Positions 52,347-64,000 of a stretch of DNA of 64,000 nucleotides are shown one piece after another. This DNA comes from the human T2T-CHM13v2.0 reference genome, Homo sapiens. The position numbers were made by a program, and so were the translations under genes. How positions within the stretch are numbered: the stretch's first letter is position 1; every line of letters starts with the position of its first letter. Under the pieces are notes generated by a model that worked only from the letters and a program-made list of their open reading frames with translations, searched no databases and had not been told where the DNA came from. The stretch lies in NCBI RefSeq assembly GCF_009914755.1, contig NC_060934.1; one strand, 5' to 3'.

Positions 52347-53371
52347 TATATATAGTTGCTTGTATTATTTACAGTTACACTCTAGTATTATTTTCTTATA
52401 TACTTTACCTCATAGGTAGTAGACAACCTAATGTGTAGAATTCTAAAATCAGAGGAAATCATTCTTCTCTTTCCACAGGACAATGAGGACCCTATCAGCC
52501 TTGCTTTTATTCTGTGATACAATAATTGAAGAGTCAGCTATCTAAGTAAGAAGTGCTTCCTATTTCCCAAGGAGCTATTTGTCTTTTCTTCACTATTAGA
52601 GGTCCCGTAAGCAACACTGCCCATGGTCTCTGAAACCGGATTTTGCCCCTATTTTGTAGCCAGGAATAGTAGCCAGGAACACTAAGGAATAGTGTTCCCT
52701 GGTAAAGATTTAAGTTCAAACATACACTGCCATCTCTGTGTCTGATTTTACTACAAAACACTAAATTGAAGAACTTAACACAGAAGAGCAGCACCAGCAA
52801 AACTGGAGCCTAAATCACCTAAACCGTAGCAATTGTGGGAAATTTTCTAGCAGGAGGACCAAACAGCATAATTCTTGTTACCTTTAAGTTGTCTAGGGCC
52901 TTAATGGCAACTTGTAAAGGTCATATCTAACTTGGTATTCAGAAGTAGGGTGATAATTAATAAGAAAGCTGGTGAAATATTTTAAACAAAAGCCAGTTAT
53001 TAAAAAATTGTAAATGCAGGAACTAATGGCTTTTACCAATTCCTGGGTTAATGGAAGTTAACAATACAGGTTATATATCACAGGACTTGAACCACATATT
53101 TTAAAAGGCTGACATATTTTAGTCAATTATAAAAGGGAGCCATAAAGACAAGGACGTCCTACTGAAGTATTATCTCAATAATCAGAAAGTCGGATTTTAG
53201 GAAGATAGCATGGCATCTTATAGGTAAGAGTGATTAGTTTATATTTTTTACATATTTCCCACGGACACAAGCTTATTTACTCACAAGGAAATTGCCCAAC
53301 AGATGTCTAAAGCATTTCTGATTCCTTTGCAAGACTTTAGACAGAGCTAAACTTAATTTCTCAGAAATTAA

Positions 53372-53687
<316 letters not shown>

Positions 53688-53900
53688 TACCATTCTTAAT
53701 TGTAAAAGTTACTATTATCACCACCATTCGTGTGGTAGTAAAGAGCATGAAATTAAATTTTATCTTTATAGACACACACTTTTATACTTATTTCACAGCT
53801 GATTTCAATCCTGAAACCTCATGGACACAGGAATATGATGAAAACATTAGTAAACATGAACCACCTTCTCATTAAGTTGTTGAAAAATATAGGGCAAGCA

Positions 53901-54218
<318 letters not shown>

Positions 54219-54534
54219 CAGGGTGAGCAAATCATGTAGTCATAGTTCTGTGATTGCCATGCATGTCCTCCAATGACTTTTGAGTGGAAACATTACATGA
54301 AATACGTTATAAACCAAGTTGAAGTTGATTTGAAATTACGAAGTGTATTTTTTCTCTTATAAAATATATCCTTATGTCTTATGCTACATAGAAAACCCAG
54401 AATTATGCTTAAAAGCACTCTAAATGCCTTGAAGAAAAGAATGGAAATAGGAAAGGAAATGAATGTCTACAGAGTGTCAGCTATGTTCAAGACAACACGT
54501 GAAGTCTGTTCATGTACTATTATTTCACTTAAGC

Positions 54535-54826
54535 TTTTTTTTTTTTTTTTTGAGAGAGTCTCACCCTGTCACCAGGTTGGAGTGCAGTGGCACGATCTTG
54601 GCTCACTGCAGCCTCTAACTTCCCGGGTTCAAGCGATTCTCCTGCCTCAGCTTCCCGAGTAGCTGGGATTACAGGCGCCCACCACCACACCCAGCCAATT
54701 TTTGTATTTTTAGTAGAGACGGGGTTTCACCATGTTGGCCAGGATGGTCTCCATCTCCTGACCTCATGATCCTCCTGCCTTGGTCTCCCAAAGTGCTGGG
54801 ATTACAGGCATCAGCCACCGAGCCTG
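54535..54826 (-). mobile_element. AluSc, inserted in a MIR
   Basis: gtcaccagg and ggccaggatggtc; TSD cacttaagcttt/catttaagcttt. Confidence 0.94.
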
Positions 54827-55189
54827 GACTCATTTAAGCTTTCACAACAGCCCTATGGTTATTGGCAATCTTACAGATGATGAATATGTGACACAGAGTA
54901 CCCCTTTCCCCAAGGGTTCAGTCATTAAGTGTAAGATACAGGACCCAATCCTTGTCTATCTCTTCATAGATCTAGTAAGCTCCTTCCACATGCTTGTGTT
55001 CTAGTGGTGATCATGATGTAACAATTAAAAGTTAAGAATCAACCTCATATTAGGTGATAGTCATGTCAGAAATGAATTGTGGAACAATGAATACTATGTT
55101 TTAGCAGTTTACGATATGGCTAAATGTGGGTTCCTGTATATCTATCTTAAATGAGTTAAGTTTTTTGAAAACAAATTTGGAAACTTTTA

Positions 55190-55292
55190 ACATATACATG
55201 ATATATATGTACATACAGCATGTATATTCATATATGTATAACCTATATATACACATACATATGTACAGCAAATATATATACAAACACACGTG
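55190..55292. repeat. TA/CA-rich low-complexity tract
   Basis: Direct inspection. Confidence 0.8.
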
Positions 55293-55430
55293 TAAAAAAA
55301 TGATAAAAATCCCCAAATTTGGTTTAAAAAACTTACATATTTAAGAAGCTCAACAGCTCAACAAACCCAAAGTAGGCTAGATATAAAGGAAACCATACTT
55401 AGCCATACCATAGTCAAACTGCTAAAATAT
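55293..55430 (+). mobile_element. Old L1M ORF1 fragment
   Basis: cccaaatttgg..aagaagctcaac..catagtcaaactgctaaaa resembles L1 ORF1. Confidence 0.65.
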
Positions 55431-55536
55431 TCATTATTTCCATAATTTATTTTAGACAAGACTGTTACCTAATATGAAGTTGATTCTTAAGAATATATAT
55501 ACAACCGTGTGTGTGTGTGTGTCTGTGAGTGTGTAA

Positions 55537-56750
55537 CTTTTTTATACCCCATCTCTCTCTTTCCTCTCTGGTACTCTATGTACACAGATTGTAAATTGCT
55601 TGATATTTTTCTCACAGGTACTAAAGCTCTGCTTATTTTTTGAGACTTATTCTTTCTCCTTTTTCCTCAGATTGGATAATTTCTATTCGTCTACAAGTTT
55701 AATGACCTTTCCTTACACAGTCTCCACTCTGTCCATTCAATAAATATTTTCATTTTAGATCGTATGTTTTCACTTCTGGAATTTTTATTTTGCTTTTTTC
55801 ATGAGAGTTGCCACTTCTCTTCTGTGACCCCCATCTATTCTCTCATCTTTTTCTTTAAGCCCTTAAACATATTTGCAATAGTTGCTTTAAGTCTTTGCTG
55901 TTAGCTCTAACAACTGGGCTATCTTCAGGTTGGTTTCTCTTGGCTACTTTTTTCCTTGACAATGGGTAACATTTTCCACTTTCTCTGTATGACTAGTAAT
56001 TTTTGATTGTTCATCGAACCTTACGGATGATGTTGCAGGGAACTGGATCTTTTCTTCTTCTGAATAATTTTTTCACTCCTAATAGGCTTTTAAAAAATTA
56101 CTGGCTGATAACCTGGAACATGCAGAGGCTTAGCTTTACATTTTCTTTGGATGAGACTCTTTGGATTTTCACTTAGGCTTCTGGAAAATTCCTTTATTCT
56201 GGTACATAGTCTTTATTTGTAAAGTGTGTTTTCATGGAAGGCTCAGCTACTTACTAAGCTCCTCTAAGATGGCAGAATTCAAACTCCAAAGTCTGTTTCC
56301 CCTGCAGTGATCAGAAACTGAAATCCTCTCTCAGCTCTTTCAGTCTTAACAGTAGTTTCTACCTGCTCCTTAGAATTCAGGAATCAGCAAGTATTTGACT
56401 CAGATTTTGAGGCTCTAACTTCCATGGCTTCTTCATTCTTGGGACTTCTCCACAATCTCTAGCTACTCTGGAAGCCCCACGTTCTACCCATGGACACCTG
56501 TGTGCAGCAGCTCTCTTCTTGGCGCATAGCCACCCAATGCCTTACGGACCGGGCAGTGCCCTCAGGGGAGAAACTGTATAAACATAGTTCCGGCCTACTG
56601 AGGTTCTCCTCTTTCATGGATTAAAACCCATTCAGTTTCTGTCTGTTGCTGATCCCTCTCCAGTGCCCTCAAAGATTTTTTTCTTCTTCCTCAGAATTTA
56701 TAATTATTACCTGCAGAAAACCTGGTAATAAGCTGTTCCACTATCACTCT
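55537..56750 (-). mobile_element. Old L1M 5'/ORF1 region
   Basis: tctcacagg..tcagattggataatttctatt..ttttcattt..ttctggaattt is typical antisense L1M ORF1. Confidence 0.65.
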
Positions 56751-57955
56751 GGGGCTCCTTCTTAAAATAACAACCCTGTCTTTTTCAAGTTCTGTCTACT
56801 TTCTTAACCCTATTTTAAATAAGATAATAATTTTTATTATATTACAAAATCACTTGTTCACTCATGTCCTAGGAAGATTTTTCTTTTCTTTTCTGAATTT
56901 ATCCAAGGTGAATTCCCTCAGGGCCAACTTTAACAAAAAGTGATAAAAACAGAAATATACTGACCCTGTTATAGTAAAGGCCATTTCACCAGACTCATCT
57001 TCCTCTCTCTCACTATATTACAGAAGAATATAGGAAGCTATCAATCTGCCATTTCTTTCCATGCCCTGTGACTTTTCTGTATTGTGACCAATTAAGCCAT
57101 CAACAGAAGTAGTGGGAAAGGCAGACGTTGATCGCTAGCTCACCTGCCAACTTTGGACAGCATCTTTATTCTATAGAGTCATGCCATACTCACTTCCACC
57201 TGGGGAGCAAAGGAATCTAGCCACTTACTTCCAAGTTCTAAAACGTTGGTGGCTTTAAAATTGTTATTTTTTCAGATGTGTAACAGAGGAAGGACAGCAT
57301 TCATATCTCAGCTGATAAGAAGGCTAGTGGATGAAAAATATATTATCTCTCACTACCACTGGCTAAGGTAAGACTGCTTAACATTAGTTGGAATTAGAGG
57401 GTTGAGAATTACAGCAGTCTCTCAGTTGGACGTCTTAGCGTCTGAAAAAATCTGCCTCCTTCTGGAGAGAATCCCTTATCCAGGAAGCTACTGGGTCAAA
57501 AAGTGAGTAAATAATCTTACTTTTTTTTTTTAGAATTCTGCAAGAAGGTCACCTTTTAAGGCTAATGTGGGACAGCTCCTAGAAATCTTTTGACTGCCTT
57601 TCCAGAATTATACACTCGCAGGATGCCTGGGAATTGGCAGAGTAGGAAAAATGCATTAGTATTTAACACTTATATAGCACTATAAATGGTTGCAATGCTC
57701 TACAATAAATAAAAAATCAGGTCTCAAAATGTGACTTTTTAACACAATTGTAACACTGAAATATTTTCAGAATTTGTAATAAACTCCCAGGGGAAAAAGC
57801 CAGAAGTCCCATCACTTAAAACTATAGTATACTAAGCAAAGTGGTAGAGAATATTCTATAAAATAGAATCTTGTACTGATGAGACAAAGATCAAACGTCC
57901 CTAGGAGGGGCTTTTTTCCTCTAATGTAAATGGTGTTAGAATACTGCAAGTGCCT

Positions 57956-58266
57956 CCCAGGCACGGTGGCTCACACCCGTAATCCCAGCACTTTGAGAGG
58001 CTGAGGCAGGCAGATCACAAGGTCAGGAGTTTGAGACCAGCTTGACCAACATAGTGAAACCCTGCCTCTACTAAAAATACAAAAAAAAAAAAAAAATTAG
58101 CTGGTCGTGGTGGTGGGTACCTGTAATCTCAGCTACTCAGGAGGCTGAGGCAGGAAAATCGCTTGAACCCAGGAGGCAGAGGATGAGGTGAGCTGAGATT
58201 GCATCACCACACTCCAGCCTGGGTGTCAGTGAAAGGCTCCACCTCAGGAAAAAAAAAAAAAAAAAA
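57956..58266 (+). mobile_element. AluSg-like
   Basis: TSD agaatactgcaagtgcct (18 bp). Confidence 0.95.
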
Positions 58267-58455
58267 GAATACTGCAAGTGCCTTTCCTAAAATTTCCTTC
58301 GAGGCTGTCTATCTCCCTTGGTAGTACCTTGATTCTGCCAAGTCCACTAACAGCAGTAAACTTGATGTATGGGAACTTAACTCTCACTCCTTTTCTCTAC
58401 TAGCCATCTTCAAGCATGATCTGTTCCTTGTTTCCATTCAGCAGGGCACTTTTGA

Positions 58456-58943
<488 letters not shown>

Positions 58944-59233
58944 TACCCATGTTTTCTTAATTCAGCCTGATTCATGTTGCTGTTAATGTTAAAGGTCATT
59001 TATTGAACAGGTGCAAAGAAGGGCCACCTTGGAAACATTTCTTTTGCAATGAAAATACCTCTGGAGTAGTATAGGGCTTTCCTTTTTAGATTACCTGCTC
59101 AGAAACAAGTAGCAAGAGGAGACTGTTACTCTCCTAACATATCTCATCCAGTCAAGCTCTGACTAAAGCAAACATTTGCCCTATTCTAAAAACAAGGCCT
59201 TCTAACAGATTTGGAAGTCTACTGCTATTTCAA

Positions 59234-59575
<342 letters not shown>

Positions 59576-61447
59576 TGATAGTACAAATCACAAGGGCAAA
59601 TGGGGACCAAACGTTTGTAATTAAGAATGACAGGACTTAAGGAGATCGGAGAAAATGTAGACCTTCACATCTCCCATTTTCCATTTCTACCTGCATCGCA
59701 TTTACTTAGTTAATGCATAAGGTCTACTTCTGAAAAATTGTGAGTACACTGTTAAAATTAAACAGACAAAAACCACCAATTAAAATAAAATCTCATTAAA
59801 AGAGGTTGTAACTTAAGAAAATGTATAAATACTTCTTTTATTTGAGGCACACTACTCTTTTGCAAAATGAATGATTTTAAAATTTGTGATTTCACAGTTA
59901 TAATGCAGCTAAAATAATCTTGCTTAAAGGAACCTTCATGCCTAGCCATTGGTTACTGGAGCTCAGTTCTTCCACATCATGTTGAAAAGAAAGCTGCCAC
60001 TTTTTCACCTGTTCAGTATTCCATGATACTAACTAATCTGACTTATGCTTATGTTCACCCATTTGTCAAATACCAGGTACAGCATAGAACTTTATGTTCC
60101 ATTGCCTTCGACTTACATTTTATATTTGACACGGAAGGCCCTCGGGATACAGGAGAGCTTTCCATCCACACCAGTGCCTATTCAGCACGTGTTCTAGCAG
60201 CCAGAGTGTTATTTCAGCTTTCATGTTTTCTGGTTGCAGAAGTCAAATGGCTCAGTAATTCTCCCCACAGTGACATGTTTGACAAGCTGGATAGGAAGAT
60301 GACACCCACATCCTGGCCTTTCTATTCCTCAAATAAATGAAACTAAAACATAAAACAATGAGAGCACTTCTAGTTGGATTTAACTGGTGAGCTGGCCTGA
60401 GATGTTTGAAAGCCCACAGATCTCAATTATAGTGGGCAATTCTTACTTGAAAACTGATTTTCTCTGAACAGATCTTCTCCATGTGAGTCCTCTACTTATG
60501 CCTGTCAGCTTCACTGACAAAAGTAGTTATGCCTTTTGAAACAGAGTCAACAGAACCAAGAATGGGTAAATCCATGATTTTTGGCTTTGAATATCACTAA
60601 TAATTATCTGTTTTTGATTAAAAAATTATTACTCCTGGAGCAGAGCTGGATTTTAACTCCCCGGTACATTACAAAAATCACTAGAAGGGGGAAAGGGAAA
60701 AGAATAGGGAGAAAGACAGTAAAGAGGAAAAGACAGACAAGGAAAGAGGAGAGACAAGAAGAGGGAGGATGAAGTTGAGGTTGTATAAAGTCATTTTTGC
60801 ATTTTCCTTTTGCAGCTTCCTTTTACAACTATGTAAACGTCTCATTAATTTCTACATTTAGAATCTGATTCTGAGCGTAAAAGTAAATTACTCTTTTGGA
60901 TCTTTTTTATCTCCACTTCCACCAGTGACAGATCTGAAAAAGACGAAATATTTTATGCAATTAAACTTTGCATGTTATAATGTGACTCGTTGTGAATATT
61001 GCCTCAAAAACTTAAGAGTGAAGAGAGATATAGAAAATAAAAAGGTGAAGACTGAGCAATCAACACAGGATCACAATGGACAGGCTGTTGGATGCTTGTT
61101 TGTATTTACTTCTCGGTACACACCTCTCTCAAGCACTGTTCGTCATGAGCTTAAAAGCACAGGCATGGTGGACAAAGGAGCCCCTGACTTCCGTATATTC
61201 GTCCCAATATTCACAGTGCTCAGACTTCCTCTCCTAGTCATGAGAATGAGGAATTGGAGTGGTCTTCTGGATAAGCTCAAGCCAGGAAAAGAGAGGCTGG
61301 TTTTGGACTTAAAAGCAATAGATCATGACAGAGTAAAAAAATACCATACATTTACTAACATTTTTTCCAAGATGGAAAACCTATAGGTAGTTCCTAATGA
61401 TCTATATCGCAGACCCCCTTTTTCTAGTCCACTCTAAAATCCAACTA

Positions 61448-61754
61448 ATTCTTTTTCTTTTCTTTTAGGAGATGGAGTCTTGCTCTGTTGCCCAAGGTAC
61501 TGGAGTGCAGTGGCACAATCACAGCTCACTGCAGCCTCGAATTTCTGGGCTCCAGTGCTCCTCCCACCTCAGCTTCCCTAGTAGCTGAGACTATAGGTGT
61601 ACACCATCACACCTGGCTAATTAAAAAAAAAAAGTTGTAGAGATGGGATCTTGCTATGATGCCCAGGTTGGTCTGGAACTCTTGACCTCAAGCAATCCTC
61701 CATCTTAGCTTCTCAGAGTGCTGGCATTACAGGCATGCACCACTACACCAGGCC
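61448..61754 (-). mobile_element. AluJ
   Basis: J motifs cacagctcactgcagcctcg and ttgctatg. Confidence 0.92.
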
Positions 61755-61760
61755 GAGCTA

Positions 61761-62086
<326 letters not shown>

Positions 62087-62344
62087 GGGCCTGGCTAATT
62101 TCTTACAGGGCTTTCATGTCAGGTTTAGATACTGTATCTCGAGTCAACATTCTAAGCAACTCTTTAGATGCCCAAGTAGGGCTGGAAACCCTACCCATAC
62201 ATGTCTTTTCAGGAAATCTTTGTGCATGGGCTCTGACAGTAGACTCCTCACTTGTTTGTGACATCAGCTTTACACAAAGCTGCACTGGTGGTTTTTATTA
62301 CATCTCAGTGCAAACTATATTCACACTTGAATATCACTCTCAAA

Positions 62345-62480
62345 GCATCCCTGCTACTTTTTATCAGTCCCATTTTACAGGTGAGAAAATTGAGGAGCAA
62401 AGAGATAAATGACTTAACTATCAAGGACACAAAGGACATGATAGAGGCTGAACTCTGAATTAGAATTTTTGACTTCCAGA
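62345..62480 (-). mobile_element. MIR
   Basis: cccattttacaggtgagaaaattgagg..gataaatgactt. Confidence 0.75.
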
Positions 62481-62748
62481 AGAGTATGCAGGAATTTCTT
62501 TTAAAAAATTATTTTCTTAAAGCTAAAAACTAGATAGGATTTTATTCATTCTGTAACAAGTATTAGCTCAAATCAGGCACAGTATCATGCCCCAATGTTC
62601 ACAGTTGAAACTGTCAACACTTTGTTTGAATGTATACATGAGGGAAAAAAAATATTCTTTTAAAAGTTGAAAAGCAACAAAGTAAATTTTATTTTTCCAA
62701 GGATATAACATAAAGAAGGGAAATTTTCATATATAGAAGGGAAAATGA

Positions 62749-63040
62749 GGCCAGGTGCCGTAGTTCATGCCTGTAATCCCTACACTTTGGGAGGCTGAGG
62801 TGGGCAGATTGATTGACTCAAGAGTTTGAGATCGGCCTGGGCAACATGGTGAAACCCCATCTCTACCAAAAGTACCAAAAATTAGCCAGGCAATGCGGCC
62901 CATGCCTGTAGCCTCAGTTACTCGGGAGGATCGCTTGAGCCTGGAAGGTGGAGACTGCAGTGAGCCAAGGTTGTGCCACTGCAGCACTCCAGCCTGGGTG
63001 ACAGAGCAAGACCCCATCTCAAAAAAAAAAAAAAAAGAGA
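62749..63040 (+). mobile_element. AluJb-like with a small deletion
   Basis: gatcgcttgagcc and gagcaagaccc; TSD gaaaatga. Confidence 0.9.
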
Positions 63041-63981
63041 AAATGAGAAGCAAACAAATTCATAATTCATGGTCTTAGTAAAAACAATAAACCCACTTTG
63101 CTATTAATACAAGCCCATTAAAACTAATTAAATCTAGTCCCAAGGACTTTCAGGAAACCTGCATGATACTGAAATTCTCTTACCTACAAAATTGATTTTT
63201 GGGGGGTCAGCTCTTTATGTAAAATGACTACAGCACGACAAAAATCTGTCTGGAATATGCTGAATGTCTTAAAAATTAGGAGTCAAAGAAAGTAATATAA
63301 TCAGGTATCTGTTTGTCTACCAGTATATGTTACTATTCAGTATGTAATTCAGTGCTAAGTAATCCGGGAATTAAAAAAATAGGATTATACCATAGAAGTA
63401 TCAAATAAGGATGGCATAGACACAAATATAGCAATTGACCCATATTTAAGCCAACAGACAGTTTGGAAAAGGACTCTGAAACCATTTTGTTCTTGAAAAT
63501 GCTATCAATTTAAATGGCAATTTTGATTTTAGCAGTTGATTAAAACTATTTCAGACAGAAGTATATGCCACTGAGCTGTTTCTGCCCTGAAGTAAAAGTA
63601 ATGGTTCAGATTCAATTTAAATTTTGCTGGCAAACGTGCTATTTAGCATTACTTGAATGTGAAAATACTGGTGAAGGTTTAACAACTCAGGATATAACAT
63701 TCTGAAATGGTGCTGAATATTTTTGAAGAGAAGGAGAAGATGAAGAGGCAATAACTCATTGAGAGCAAACTGGCTTAAGAGTTGACATTTCCTAGAGGCA
63801 GGCACCAAAATGTATTTTGCCCTTCCACCGTTTCTGCATAGAAAGCAAAGTGAATCTATCCGTTTCCTCATAAAAGTTAAATGGAAACCTTGTCAACAGA
63901 ATGACTATTAGTAATAACTGAACGTCGGAAAATAAAACATACAGGAGAGTGGATATTAGCAGTTAAAAAGTAAGAACAGCC

Positions 63982-64000
63982 GGCCAGGCATGGTGGCTCA
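63982..64000 (+). mobile_element. Alu 5' end cut by the window edge
   Basis: ggccaggcatggtggctca. Confidence 0.85.

Overview
Repeat-rich primate (probably human) non-coding DNA, either intronic or intergenic. I could not recognise any protein-coding gene. The longer ORFs in the track are Alu-derived, are L1 ORF2 remnants, or are of chance length. The window holds about 38 Alu elements (J, S and Y lineages), L1PB, L1PA and old L1M fragments, and many MIR and L2 remnants. It also holds solo LTRs (two THE1, one MER39/MER34-like, one MER66/MER41-like, one LTR27/28/MER52-like, one MLT1), DNA-transposon relics (MER2, Tigger3a, MER5, MER58A, MER102, MER53-like), microsatellites and a 3'-truncated tailless 5S rRNA retropseudogene. 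Repeat subfamily names are recalled from consensus sequences and need RepeatMasker/Dfam confirmation. I see no evidence of a new gene system. The notable signals are fossil footprints of local template copying: (i) an Alu whose TSDs enclose 47 bp of unique DNA copied, inverted, from the flank of another Alu 4.6 kb away; (ii) a 71-bp inverted local copy inside a TA-rich microsatellite; (iii) a fold-back at an L1 5' junction; (iv) two apparent micro-inversions splitting an LTR and an L1 ORF1; (v) a trimeric Alu. Weak candidates for minus-strand exons, a promoter and enhancers are also listed.
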